Source: Squalus acanthias (lineage: Eukaryota). From it: 64,000 bases of DNA. The position numbers were made by a program, and so were the translations under genes. The stretch covers positions 58,530,001-58,594,000 of the forward strand of contig CM059438.1 in assembly GCA_030390025.1 (NCBI GenBank), read 5' to 3'. The notes under the pieces are model-generated. The model ran no database searches. It had not been told where the DNA came from and was given only the letters and a program-made list of their open reading frames with translations. Numbering within the stretch: the stretch's first letter is position 1; every line of letters starts with the position of its first letter. This document shows, in pieces, positions 1 to 15,000 of this stretch.

Positions 1-3000
1 GGAATGGAGCTGGGTACAGACAGACTCTGTGAATCGAGCTGGGTACAGACATACTCTGGGAATGGAGCTGGGTACAGGCAGACTCTGGGAATGGAGCTGG
101 GTACATACAGACACAGGCGAAGGGAGCAGGGTACAGACAGACCCTGGGAATGGCGCTGGGTACAGACAGTCTGGGGAATCAAATCTTGTTACACACAGAC
201 TCTGGGGAATGGAGCTGTGTACAGACATACACTTGGAATAGAGCTGGGTACAGACAGACTCCGTGAATGTAGCTGAGCACAGACAGATTCTGGGAATGGA
301 GTTTGGTACAGACAGACTACCGGAATGGAGCTGGGTATAGTCAGACTCTGCTGAATTGAGCTGGATACAGATGGATGCTGGGAAAGGGAGTTGGGTACAG
401 ACAGACGCCGAGAATGGAGCTGGGCACAGACAGACTCTGGGAATGAAGCTGGGTACAGACAGAGTCTGGGAAAGGAGCTGGGTACAGACAGACTCTGGGG
501 AAATGTACTGGGTACAGACAGAAACTGGGAATGCAGATAGGTAGAGAGAAACTCTGGGAATGGAGCTGGGTATAGTCAGACTCTGGGAATCGAGCTGTGT
601 ACAGACAGAATCTGGGGAACGGAGATGAGTACAGACAGATTCTATGAATGGAGCTGGGAACAGATAGACTTGGGAATGGAGCTGGTACAGACTGACTCTG
701 GGAATGGAGCTTGGAAAACACAGAATCTGGGAATGCAGCTGGGTACAGACAGATTCTGGGGAATGGAGCTGGATACAGACAGATTTTGAGAATTCAGATA
801 GGTAGAGAGAAACTCTGGGAATGGAGCTGGGTACAGTCAGACTCTGGGAATCGAGCAGTGTGCAGACAGAATCTGGGGAACGGAGATAAGTACAGACAGA
901 TTCTCTGAATGGAGCTGGGAACAGATAGACTTGGGAATGGAGCTGGGTACAGACAGACTCTGGGAATGTTACTGGGTACAGACAGACGCTTGGAATGGAG
1001 CTAAGTACAGACAGACTGGGGAATGGAGCTGTGTACAGACAGAAGCTGGTGAATTGAGCTGTGTACAGACAGATGCTGGGGAAGGGAACAAGGTACATGC
1101 AGACTTTGGGAATGTAATTGGTTACAGACAGACTCTGGGAATGGAGCTGGATACAGACAGACTCCAGTAATGCAGCTTGGTACAGACAGACTCTGGGAAT
1201 GTAGCTGGGTGCAGACAGACTCTGGGAATGGAGCTGAGAGCAGGTACACTTTGTGAATAGAGCAGGGTACAGACAAACTCCGGGAATGGAGCTGGGCACA
1301 GTCACACTCTGGGAATGGAGCTGGGAGAACGACAGACTCTGGGGAATGGAGCTGTGTACAGACAGAATCTGGGAATAAAGATATGTAGAGAAAGAGTCTT
1401 TGGAATGGAGCTGGGTACAGTCAGACACTGGACATCTAGCTGTGTGCAGACAGACTTCTTGAATGGAGCCTGGTACAGACAGACTGCAGAATGGAGCTGG
1501 ATACAGACAGACTGTGGGAATGGAGCTGGGTGCAGTCAAATGCTGGAGAAGGGAGCTGGGTACAGACGGAGTCTGGGAATGGAGCTGGGTACAGACAGAC
1601 ACTGGGGAATAGAACAGCGTACAGACTCTGGGGAATGGAGCTGGGTACAGGCAGATTATGGGATTGGAGAAGGGTACAGATAGACTGGGGAGGGGAGCTG
1701 GGTGCAGACAGACCGGGGAATGGAGCTTGGTACAGAGAGACTGGGGAACGGAGCTGGGAACAGAAAGACTATTGGAATGGAGCTGGGTACAGAGAGACTG
1801 GGGAATGGAGCTGGGAACAGACAGACTCTGGGAATGGAGCTGGGTACAAATAGACTCTGGGAATGGAGCTGGGTACAGAGAGTCTGGGGAATGGAGCTGG
1901 GTACAGACAGACACTGGGAATGGAGCTGGTTACAAATAGACTCTGGGAATGGAGCTGGATCCAGGCAGAATCTGGAAATGGAGCTGGGTGCAGAAAGGCT
2001 CGTTGAATGAAGCTGGGTACGGACAGATTCTGGGGAATGAAGCTGGGTACAGACAGACTCTGGGTAAAGGCATTTGTATGGAAAGGCTCTGGGAATGGAG
2101 CTGGGTCCAGGCAGACTCTGGGAATGGAGCTAGGTACAGACAGACTCTGGGAATGGAGCTGGGTACAGGCAGACTCTGGGGAATGGTGCTGGGTGCAGAA
2201 AGATTCTGGGAATGGACCTGGGTACAGACAGATTCTGGGGAATGAAGCTTGGTACAGACAGACTCTGGGGAATTGAGCAAGGTACAGACAGATTCTGGGG
2301 AATGAAGCTGGGTACAGACAGACTCTCGAAAAGGAGCTGGGTACAGACAGACTGGGGATGGAGCTGGGTTCCGAAAGACTGGGGAATGGAGCTGGGTACA
2401 GACAGACTCTGGGAGTGGATAATAGTACAGACAGACTGGGAAGGGAGCTGGGTGCAGACAGACGGGTCAATGTAGCTCGGTACAGAGAGACTGGGGAATG
2501 AAGCTGGGAACCGACAGACTCTGGGAATGGAGCTGGGTGCAGAGAGACACTGGGAATGGAGCAAGGTACAGATAGACTCTGGGAATGATGCTGGATCCAG
2601 GCAGAATCTGGAAATGGAGCTTGCTGCAGACAGGCTCGTTGAATGGAGCTGGGTACAGACAGATTCTTGGGAATGAAGCTGGATACAGACAGACTCTGGA
2701 AAAGGAGCTGGGTACAGACAGACTTCGGAATGGAGCTTGGTACAAACAGACTCTGGGGAATGGAGCAAGATACAGACAGATTCTGGGGAATGAAGCTGAG
2801 TACAGACAGACTCTCGAAAAGGAGCTGGGTATAGGCAGACTGGGGAATGGAGCTGGGTTCAGACTGACTGTGAAATGCAACTGGGTATAGAGAGACACTG
2901 GGAATGGAGCTGGGTGCAGACAGACTGGGGAAAGGAGCTGGGTTCAGATTGACTGTGAAATGCAGCTGGGTAAAGACGGACTCTGGGAATGGATCTAGGT

Positions 3001-6000
3001 ACAGACAGACCTTGGGAATGGAGTTGGGTACAGACAGACTCTGGGGAAAGGAGCTAGGTACAAACAGACCCTGGGGAATTGAGCTGGGTACAGACAGACT
3101 CTGGGAAGGGAGCTCGATACAGACAGATTCTGGAGAAAGGAGCTGGGTACGGACAGATTCTGGGAATGGAGCTGTGTACAGACAGACACTGGGAATGGAG
3201 CATTGTACAGGCAGAATCTGGGAATGGATCTGGTTACAGAGAGACTGGGGAATGGAGCTGGGTACAGACAGACTCTGTGGAATAGAACAGCGTACAGACT
3301 ATGGGGAATGGAGCTGGGTACAGGCAGACTCTGGAAATGGAGAAGGGTACAGTCAGACTGGGAATGGAGAAGGGTACAGATAGACTGGGGAAGGGAGCTG
3401 GGTGCAGACAAACCGGGGATTGGAGCTGGGTACAGACAGACTCTGGGAATGGAGCTGGGTACAGACAGACTCTGGGAATGGAGCTGGGTACAGACAGATT
3501 CTGGGGAATGAAGCTGGGTATAGACAGACTCTGGGTAAAGGCATTTGTACAGGAGGCTCTGGGAATGGAGCTGGATCCAGGCAGACTCTGGGAATGGAGC
3601 TGGGTACAGACAGATTCTGGGGAATGAAGCTGGGTACAGACAGACTCTGGGAATGGAGCTGGGTACAGAGAGACACTGGGGAATGGAGCTGGGAAGAGAC
3701 AGACTCTGGGAATGGAGCTGGATCCAGGCAGAATCTGGAAATGGAGCTGGGGGCAGAAAGGCTCGTTGAATGGAGCTGGGTACAGACAGATTCTGGGGAA
3801 TGAAGCTGTGTATAGACAGACTCTGGGTAAAGGCATTTGTACAGGAGGCTCTGGGAATAGAGCTGGGTCCAGGCAGACTCTGTGAATGGAGCTAGGTACA
3901 GACAGACTGTGGGAATGGAGCTGGGTACAGACAGACACTGGGGAATGGAGCTGGGAAGAGACAGAATCTGGGAATGGAGCTGGGGACAGACAGACTCTGG
4001 GGAATGGAGCGTTGTACAGATAGAATCCAGGGAGGGATCTGGTTACAGACAGACTGGGGAATGGAGCGGGGTACAGACAGATTCTGTGGAATAGAACAGC
4101 GTACAGACTTTGGGGAATGGAGCTGGGTACAGGCAGACTGCGAATGGAGAAGGGCTCGATGAATGGAGCTGTCTACAGTCAGATTCTGGGGAATGAAGCT
4201 GGGTACAGACAGACGCTGGGTAAAGACATTTGTAGAGAGAGGCTCGGGAATAGAGCTGGGTCCAGGCAGCCTCTAGGAATGGCGCAAAGTACAGACAGAC
4301 TCTGGGTAAAGGCATTTGTACAGACAGGCTCTGGGAATGTAGCTGGGTCCAGGCAGACTCTGTGAATGGAGCTAGATACAGACAGACTGTGGGAATGGAG
4401 CTGGGTACAGACAGACTCTGGGAATGGAGCTGGGTACAGACAGACTCTGGGAATGGAGCTGGGTACAGACAGACACTGGGAATGGAGCTGGGAACAGACA
4501 GACTCTGGGAATGGAGCTGGTACAGACAGACTCTGAGAATGGAGCTGGGTACAGACAAGACTCTGGAAATGGAGCTGGAATGTAAATAAAGTAACTTGGA
4601 ATGGACTGAGTACAGACAGACTGGGGAATGGAGCTGGGTACAGACAGACTTGGAAGAGCTTGGTTCAGAAGACTCTGGAATGAGATGGGTAAGGACAACA
4701 TGGGAAGGAGCTGGGGTACAAGACAGGGACCTGGGGAATGGAGCTGGTACAGACAGACTCTGTGGAGCTGGGTATTGTCAGAATCTGGGGAATGGTCTGG
4801 GTACCAGACAGAATCTGGGGAATGGATGCTGGGTACAGACAGACTGGGGGAATGGAGCTGGGGAGAGACAGGTCTTTGGAATGGAGATGGGTAAAGACAG
4901 ACTCTGGGAAAAGAGCTGGGTACAGACAGACTCTGGGAATGGAGCTGGGTACAGACAGATTCTGGGGAATGGAGCTGGGTATCGTCAGAATCTGGGAATG
5001 GAGCTGGGTACAGACAGACTCTGGGAATGGAGCTGGGTACAGACAGAATCTGGGAATGGAGCTGGGTACAGACAGAGTCTGGAAATGACGCTGGGTACAG
5101 TCAGACTCTGGGGAATGGAGCTGAGTATCGTCAGAATCTGGGAATGGAGCTGGGTACAGACAGACTCTGGGGTATGGAGCTAGGTACAGACAGACTCTGG
5201 AATGAGCTGGGTACAGACAGAATCTGGGAATGGAGCTGGGTACAGACAGACTCTTGGGAATGGGTCTGGGTTACAGACAGGACTGGGGAATGGAGCTGGG
5301 TACAGACAGACGGGGGAATGGAGCTTGGTATGGACAGACTCTGGGAATGGAGCTGGGAACAGACAGACTCTGGGAATGGAGCGGTACAGGCCGAATCTGG
5401 GAAGGGGAGCTGGGTAGACACAGAATCTGGATATGACGCTGGGCAAAGACACACTCCGGGTAATGGAACTGGGTACAGTCAGACTCTGTGGGAATGGAGC
5501 TGGGTACAGACCGACTGGGGAATGGAGCTGGGGAGAGATAGACTGTGGAATGGAGCTGGGTACAGACAGACTCTGGGAATGGAGCTGGGTACAGACAGAC
5601 TGTGGAGAAATTACGCTGGTTACAGACAGACTCAGGTAATGGAACTGGGTACAGTCAGTCTCCCGGGAATGGAAATGAGTAGTGACAGGACTCTGCGGAA
5701 TGGAGCTGGGTACAGACAGACTCTGTGGAATGGAGTTGGGAACAGACAGACTCTGGGAATGGAGCTGGGTACAGGCTGAATCTGGGAAGGGGAGCTGGGT
5801 AGAGACAGAATCGGATATGACGCTGGGCACAGACACACTCAGGGTAATGAAACTGGGTACAGTCAGACTCTGGGGAATGGAGCTGGGTACAGACAGACTG
5901 GGGAATGGAGCTGGGGAGAGATAGACTGTGGAATGGAGCTAGGAACAGATAGACTCTGGGAAGGGGATGCTGGTACAGACAGACTCTGGGATGCAGCTGG

Positions 6001-9000
6001 GTTACAGACCGACACTGGGAATGGAGCTGGGTACAGACTGGGAATGGAGCTGGGTACAGACAGACTGGGAAATGGAGCTGGATGCAGGCAGACTCTAGGG
6101 AATGGAACTGGGTCCAGACAGTCTGGGGAATGGAGCTGGGGCAGACAGACTCTGGGAAAGGAGCTGGGTCCAGACAGACTCTGGGGAATGGAGCTGGGTA
6201 CAGACAGACTCTGGGAAAGGAGCTGAGTACAGACAGACTGGGAATGGAGCTGGGTACAGACAGACTCTGTGGAATGGAGCTGGGTACAGACAGACTCTGG
6301 GAATGGAGCTGGGTACAGACAGGGACTCTGTGGAATGGAGCTGAGTACAGACAGACTCTGGGATGGAGCTGGGTACAGACAGACTCAAGGAGGGGAGCTG
6401 GGTACAGACAGACTCTGGGGAATGGAGCTGGGTATTGTCAGAATCTGGGGAATGGAGCTGGGTACAGACAGACTGGGGAATGGAGCTGGGGAGAGACAGA
6501 CATTGGAATGGAGCTGGGTACAGACAGACTCTGGGAATAGAGCTGGGTACAGACAGACTCTGGGAATGGAGCTGGGTACAGACAGATTCTGGGGAATGGA
6601 GCTGGGTATCGTCAGAATCTGGGAATGGAGCTGGGTACAGACAGACTCTGCGGAATGGAGCTGGGTACAGACAGATCTGGGAATGGAGCTGGGTAAGACA
6701 GAGTCTGAAATGACGCTGGGTACAGTCAGACTCCGGGGAATGGAGCTGAGAATCGTCAGAATCTGGGAATGGAGCTGGGTACAGACAGAATCTGGGGTAT
6801 GGAGCTAGGTACAGACAGACTCTGGGTTAGATCTGGGTACAGACAGAATCTGGGAATGGAGCTGGGTACAGACAGACTCTGGGAATGGAGCTGGGTACAG
6901 ACAGACTCAGGGTAATGGAGCTGGGTATCGTCAGAATCTGGGAATGGAGCTGGGTACAGACAGACTCTGCGGAATGGAGCTGGGTACAGACAGACTCTGG
7001 GTAATGGAACTGGGTACAGTCAGAATCGGGGAATGGAGCTGGCTACAGACAGAATCTGGGGAATGGAGCTGGTTACAGACAGACTCTGGGGAATGGAGCT
7101 GGGTACAGACAGACTCTGGGAATGGATCTGGGTACAGACAGACTCTTTGGAATGGAGCTGGGTACAGACAGACTCTTGGGAATGGGTCTGGGTACAGACA
7201 GACTGGGGAATGGAGCTGGGTACAGACAGACTGGGGAATGGAGCTTGGTATGGACAGACTCTGGGAATGGAGCTGGTTACAGACAGACTCTGGGGAATGG
7301 AGCTGGGTACAGACAGACTCATGGAAGGGGAGCTGGGTACAGACAGACTCTGGGGAATGGAGCTGGGTACAGTCAGACTCTGGGGAATGGAGCTGGGTAC
7401 AGACAGAATCTGGGAATGGAGCTGGGTACAGACAGACTGGGGAATGGAGCTGGGGAGAGACAGACATTGGAATGGAGCTGGGTACAGACAGACTCTGGGA
7501 ATAGAGCTGGGTACAGACAGACTCTGGGAATGGAGCTGGGTACAGACAGATTCTGGGAATGGAGCTGGGTATCGTCAGAATCTGGGAATGGAGCTGGGTA
7601 CAGACAGACTCTGCGGAATGGAGCTGGGTACAGACAGAATCTGGGAATGGAGCTGGGTACAGACAGAGTCTGGAAATGACGCTGGGTACAGTCAGACTCC
7701 GGGGAATGGAGCTGAGTATCGTCAGAATCTGGGAATGGAGCTGGGTACAGACAGAATCTGGGGTATGGAGCTAGGTACAGACAGACTCTGGGAATAGAGC
7801 TGGGTACAGACAGAATCTGGGAATGGAGCTGGGTACAGACAGACTCTGGGAATGGAGCTGGGTACAGACAGACTCAGGGTAATGGAGCTGGGTATCGTCA
7901 GAATCTGGGAATGGAGCTGGGTACAGACAGACTCTGCGGAATGGAGCTGGGTACAGACAGACTCTGGGTAATGGAACTGGGTACAGTCAGAATCTGGGGA
8001 ATGGAGCTGGCTACAGACAGAATCTGGGGAATGGAGCTGGTTACAGACAGACTCTGGGGAATGGAGCTGGGTACAGACAGACTCTGGGAATGGATCTGGG
8101 TACAGACAGACTCTTTGGAATGGAGCTGGGTACAGACAGACTCTTGGAATGGGTCTGGGTACAGACAGACTGGGGAATGGAGCTGGGTACAGACAGACTG
8201 GGGAATGGAGCTTGGTATGGACAGACTCTGGGAATGGAGCTGGTTACAGACAGACTCTGGGGAATGGAGCTGGGTACAGACATACTCTAGGAATGGATCT
8301 GGGTACAGACTTACTCTGGGAATGGATCTGGGTACAGTCAGACTCTGGGGAATGGAGCTGGGTACAGACAGACTCTTGGGAATGGGACTGGGTACAGACA
8401 GACTCTGGGAATGGAGCTGGGTACAGACAGACTCTGGGAATGGAGCTGGGTACAGTCAGACTCTGGGGAATGGAGCTGGGTACAGACAGACTCTTGGGAA
8501 TGGGTCTGGGTACAGACAGACTGGGGAATGGAGCTGGGTACAGACAGACTGGGGAATGGAGCTTGGTATGGACAGACTCTGGGAATGGAGCTGGGAACAG
8601 ACAGACTCTGGGAATGGAGCTGGGTACAGGCCGAATCTGGGAAGGGGAGCTGGGTAGACACAGAATCTGGATATGACGCTGGGCACAGACACACTCAGGG
8701 TAATGGAACTGGGTACAGTCAGACTCTGGGGAATGGAGCTGGGTACAGACAGACTGGGGAATGGAGCTGGGGAGAGATAGACTGTGGAATGGAGCTGGGT
8801 ACAGACAGACTCTGGGAATGGAGCTGGGTACAGACAGACTGTGGAAATTACGCTGGTTACAGACAGCCTCAGGGTAATGGAACTGGGTACAGTCAGTCTC
8901 GGGAATGGAACTGAGTAGTGACAGACTCTGCGGAATGGGCTGGGTATAGACAGACTCTGGAATGGAGCTGGGTATCGTCAGACTCTGGGGAATGGAGCTG

Positions 9001-12000
9001 GGTACAGATTGGGAAATGGAGCTGGGTACAGACAGACTGGGAAATGGAGCTGGATGCAGGCAGACTTGGGGAAAGGAGTGGGTACAGACAGACTCTGGGG
9101 AATGGAACTGGGTCCAGACAGACTCTGGGGAATGGAGCTGGGTGCAGACAGACTCTGGGAAAGGAGCTGGGTCAGACAGACTTGGTGAATGGAGCTGGGT
9201 ACAGACAGACTCTGGGAAAGGAGCTGAGTACAGACAGACTGGGGAATGGAGCTGGGTCTAGACAGACTCTGTGGAATGAAGCTGGGTAGAGACAGAATCT
9301 GGGAATGGAGCTGGGTACAGACAGACTCTGGGGAATGGAGCGGTGTACAGACTCTGGGATTGGAGTTGGGTACAGACAGACTCTGTGGAATGGAGTTGGG
9401 TACAGACAGACTCTGGAAATGGAGTTGGGTACAGACAGACTCTGGGAAGGGGAGCTGGTACAGACAGACTCTGGGGAATAGAGCTGTGTACAGGCAGACT
9501 CTGGGTAATAGAACTGGATACAGTCAGTATCCCGGGAATGGAATTGAGTACAGACAGACTCTGCGGAATGGAGCTGGGTACAGAAAGACTCTGGGAATGG
9601 AGCTGGGTATCGTCAGAATCTGGGAATGGAACTGGGTACAGTCAGACTCTGGGGAATGGAGCTGGGTACAGACAGACTGGGAAATGGAGCTGGGTGCAGA
9701 CTGACTCTGGGAATGGAGCTGGGTACAGTCTCTGGGAATGGAGCTGGGTACAGACAGACTCTGTAGGAATGGAGTTGGGTACAGACAGACTCGGGGAATG
9801 GAGCTGGGTACAGACAGACTCTGAAAATGTCACTGGGTAACAGACTCAGGGAATGGAGTGAGTAACAGACAGACTCTGGGAATGGATCTGGGTACAGACA
9901 GACTTTGGGAATGGTCTGGGTACAGACAGACTGGGGAATGGAGCTGGGTACAGACAGACTGGGAATGGAGTTGGTATGGACAGACTCTGGGAATGGAGCT
10001 GGGAAACAGACAGACTCCTGGCAATGGAGCTGGGTAGACACTGAATCTGGATATGACGCTGGGCACAGACACACTCAGGGTAATGGAACTGGGTACAGTC
10101 AGACTCTGGGGAATGGAGCTGGGTACAGACAGACTCTGGGAATGGACTGGGTACAGACAGGACTGTGGAAATTACGCTGGTTACAGACAGACTCAGGGTA
10201 ATAGAATGGGTACAGTCAGTTCCGGAATGGAACTGAGTAGTGACAGACTCTGCGGAATGGAGTTGGGTATAGACAGACTCTGGGAATGGAGCTGGGTATC
10301 GTCAGACTCTGGGGAATGGAGCTGGGTACAGACTGGGAAATGGAGCTGGGTACAGACAGACTGGGAAATGGAGCTGGATGCAGGCAGACTCTGGGAAAGG
10401 AGCTGGGTACAGACAGACTCTGGGGAATGGAACTGGGTCCAGACAGAGTCTGGGGAATGGAGCTGGGTGCAGACAGACTCTGGGAAAGGAGCTGGGTCCA
10501 GACAGACTCTGGGGAATGGAGCTGGGTACAGACAGACTCTGGGAAAGGAGCTGAGTACAGACAGACTGGGGAATGGAGCTGGGTACAGACAGACTCTGGG
10601 AATGGAGCTGGGTACAGACAGACTCTAGGAATGGAGCTGGGTCTAGACAGACTCTGTGGAATGAAGCTGGGTAGAGACAGAATCTGGGAATGGAGCTGGG
10701 TACAGACAGACTCTGGGGAATGGAGCGGGGTACAGACTCTGGGAATGGAGCTGGGTACAGACAGACTCTGTGGAATGGAGTTGGGTACAGACAGACTCTG
10801 GAAATGGAGTTGGGTACAGACAGACTCTGGGAAGGGGAGCTGGTACAGACAGACTCTGGGGAATAGAGCGGTGTACAGGCAGAATCTGGGTAATAGAACT
10901 GGATACAGTCAGTATCCCGGGAATGGAATTGAGTACAGACAGACTCTGCGGAATGGAGCTGGGTACAGAAACGCTGGGAATGGAGCTGGGTATCGTCAGA
11001 ATCTGGGAATGGAGCTGGGTACAGTCAGACTCTGGGGAATGGAGCTGGGTACAGACAGACTGGGAAATGGAGCTGGGTACAGACAGACTCTGGGTAATGG
11101 AACTGGGTACAGTCAGAATCTGGGGAAAGGAGCTGGTTACAGACAGACTCTGGGGAATGGAGCTGGGTACAGACAGAATGGGAAATGGAGCTGGGTACAG
11201 ACAGACTGGGAAATGGAGCTGGGTACAGACAGACTCTGGGAATGGAGCTGGGTACAGACAGACTCTGGGGAATGGAGCTGGTACAGACAGACTCTGGGAA
11301 TGGATCTGGGTACAGACAGACTCTGGGAATGGATCTGGGTACAGTCAGACTCTGGGGAATGGAGCTGGGTACAGACAGACTCTTGGGAATGGGTCTGGGT
11401 ACAGACAGACTCTGGGAATGGAGCTGGGTACAGACAGACTCTGGGAATGGATCTGGGTACAGTCAGACTCTGGGGAATGGAGCTGGGTACAGACAGACTC
11501 TTGGGAATTGGTCTGGGTACAGACAGACTGGGGAATGGAGCTGGGTACAGACAGACTGGGGAATGGAGCTTGGTATGGACAGACTCTGGGAATGGAGCTG
11601 GGAACAGACAGACTCTGGGAATGGAGCTGGGTACAGGCCGAATCTGGGAAGGGGAGCTGGGTAGACACAGAATCTGGATATGACGCTGGGCACAGACACA
11701 CTCAGGGTAATGGAACTGGGTACAGTCAGACTCTGGGGAATGGAGCTGGGTACAGACAGACTGGGGAATGGAGCTGGGGAGAGATAGACTGTGGAATGGA
11801 GCTGGGTACAGACAGACTCTGGGAATGGAGCTGGGTACAGACAGACTGTGGAAATTACGCTGGTTACAGACAGACTCAGGGTAACGGAACTGGGTACAGT
11901 CAGTCTCCCGGGAATGGAACTGAGTAGTGACAGACTCTGCGGAATGGAGCTGGGTATAGACAGACTCTGGGAATGGAGCTGGGTACAGACATACTCTGGA

Positions 12001-15000
12001 AATGATGCTGGGTACAGTCAGACTCTGGGGAATGGAGCTGGGTATCGTCAGACTCTGGGGAATGGAGCTGGGTACAGACTGGGAAATGGAGCTGGGTACA
12101 GACAGACTGGAAATGGAGCTGGATGCAGGCAGACTCTGGGAAAGGAGCTGGGTACAGACAGACTCTGGGGAATGGAACTGGGTCCAGACTGACTCTGGGG
12201 AATGGAGCTGGGTGCAGACAGACTCTGGGAAAGGAGCTGGGTCCAGACAGACTCTGGGGAATGGAGCTGGGTACAGACAGACTCTGGGAATGGAGCTGGG
12301 TACTGACAGACTGGGGAATGGAGTTGGGTACAAACAGACTGGGGAATGGAGCTCGGTACAGACAGACTGGGGAATGGAGCTGGGTACAGACAGTCTCTCT
12401 GGAATGGAGCTGGGTACAGACAGACTCTGGAATGGAGCTGGGTACAGACAGACTCTGGGAATGAGTTGGGTACAGACAGACTCTGGGGAATGGAGCTGGG
12501 TACAGACAGACTCTGGGAATGGGAGCTGGGTACAGACAGACTCTGGAAATGGCACTGGGTACAGACAGACTATGGAAATGGAGCTGGGGACAAGCAGACT
12601 CTGGGAATGGAGCTGGGTACAGACAGGACACTGGGGAATGGAGCTGGTACAGACAGACTCTGGGGAATGGAGCTGGGTACAGACAGACTCTGGGAATGGA
12701 GCTGGTACAAGACAGACTCTGGGAATGGAGCAGGTACAGAAAGACTGGGGAATGGAGCTGGGTACAGACAGACACTGGGCATGGAGCTGGTACAGCCGAA
12801 TCTGGGAAGGGGAGCTGGTAGAGACAGAATCTGGATATGACGCTGGGCACAGACAGCACTCAGGGTAATGAAACTGGGTACAGTCAGACTCTGGGGAATG
12901 GAGCTGGGTACAGACAGACTGGGAATGGAGCTGGGGAGAGATAGACTGTGGAATGGAGCTAGGAACAGATAGACTTCTGGGAAGGGGAGCTGGTACAGAC
13001 AGACTCTGGGAATGCAGCTGGGTACAGACAGACTCTGGGAATGGATCTGGGTACAGACAGACTCTGGGAATGGAGCTGGGTACAGTCAGAATCTGGGAAT
13101 GGAGCTGGGTACAGACAGACTCTTGGGAATGGATCTGGGTACAGACAGACTCTGGGAATGGAGCTGGGTACAGACAGACTCTGGGAATGGAGCTGGGTAC
13201 AGTCAGACTCTGGGGAATGGAGCTGGGTACAGACAGACTCTTGGGAATGGGTCTGGGTACAGACAGACTGGGGAATGGAGCTGGGTACAGACAGACTGGG
13301 GAATGGAGCTTGGTATAGACAGACTCTGGAATGGAGCTGGAACAGACAGACTCTGGGAATGGAGCTGGGTACAGGCCGAATCTGGAAGGGGAGCTGGGTA
13401 GACACTGAATCTGGATATGACGCTGGGCACAGACACACTCAGGGTAATGAACTGGTACAGTCAGACTCTGGGAATGGAGCTGGGTACAGACAGACTGGGG
13501 AATGGAGCTGGGGAGAGATAGACTGTGGAATGGAGCTGGGTACAGACAGACTCTGGGAATGGAGCTGGGTACAGACAGACTGTGGAAATTACGCTGGTTA
13601 CAGACAGACTCAGGGTAATGGAACTGGGTACAGTCAGTCTCCCGGGAATGGAACTGAGTAGTGACAGACTCTGCGGAATGGAGCTGGGTATAGACAGACT
13701 CTGGGAATGGAGCTGGGTACAGACATACTCTGGAAATGATGCTGGGTACAGTCAGACTCTGGGGAATGGAGCTGGGTATCGTCAGACTCTGGGGAATGGA
13801 GCTGGGTACAGACTGGGAAATGGAGCTGGGTACAGACAGACTGGGAAATGGAGCTGGATGCAGGCAGACTCTGGGAAAGGAGCTGGGTACAGACAGACTC
13901 TGGGGAATGGAACTGGGTCCAGACTGACTCTGGGGAATGGAGCTGGGTGCAGACAGACTCTGGAAAGGAGCTGGGTCCAGACAGACTCTGGGGAATGGAG
14001 CTGGGGACAGACAGACTCTGGGAAAGGAGCTGAGTACAGACAGACTGGGGAATGGAGCTGGGTACAGACAGACTCTGGGAATGGAGCTGGGTACAGACAG
14101 ACTCTAGGAATGGAGCTGGGTCTAGACAGACTCTGTGGAATGAAGCTGGGTAGAGACAGAATCTGGGAATGGAGCTGGGTACAGACAGACTCTGTGGAAT
14201 GGAGTTGGGTACAGACAGACTCTGGGAATGGAGCTGGGTACAGGCCGAATCTGGGAAGGGGAGCTGTGTAGAGACAGAATCTGGATATGACGCTGGGCAC
14301 AGACACACTCAGGGTAATGAAACTGGGTACAGTCAGACTCTGGGGAATGGAGCTGGGTACAGACAGACTGGGGAATGGTGCTGGGGAGAGATAGACTGTG
14401 GAATGGAGCTAGGAACAGATAGACTCTGGGAAGGGGAGCTGGTACAGACAGACTCTGGGAATGCAGCTGGGAACAGACAGACTCTGGGAATGGAGCTGGG
14501 TACAGGCCGAATCTGGGAAGGGGAGCTGGGTAGAGACAGAATCTGGATATGACGCTGGGCACAGACACACTCAGGGTAATGAAACTGGGTACAGTCAGAC
14601 TCTGGGGAATGGAGCTGGGTACAGACAGACTGGGGAATGGAGCTGGGGAGAGATAGACTGTGGAATGGAGCTAGGAACAGATAGACTCTGGGAAGGGGAG
14701 CTGGTACAGACAGACTCTGGGAAAGGAGCTGGGTCCAGACAGACTCTGGGGAATGGAGCTGGGTACAGACAGACTCTGGGAAAGGAGCTGAGTACAGACA
14801 GACTGGGGAATGGAGCTGGGTACAGACAGACTCTGGGAATGGAGCTGGGTACAGACAGACTCTAGGAATGGAGCTGGGTCTAGACAGACTCTGTGGAATG
14901 AAGCTGGGTAGAGACAGAATCTGGGAATGGAGCTGGGTACAGACAGACTCTGTGGAATGGAGTTGGGTACAGACAGACTCTGGGAATGGAGCTGGGTACA

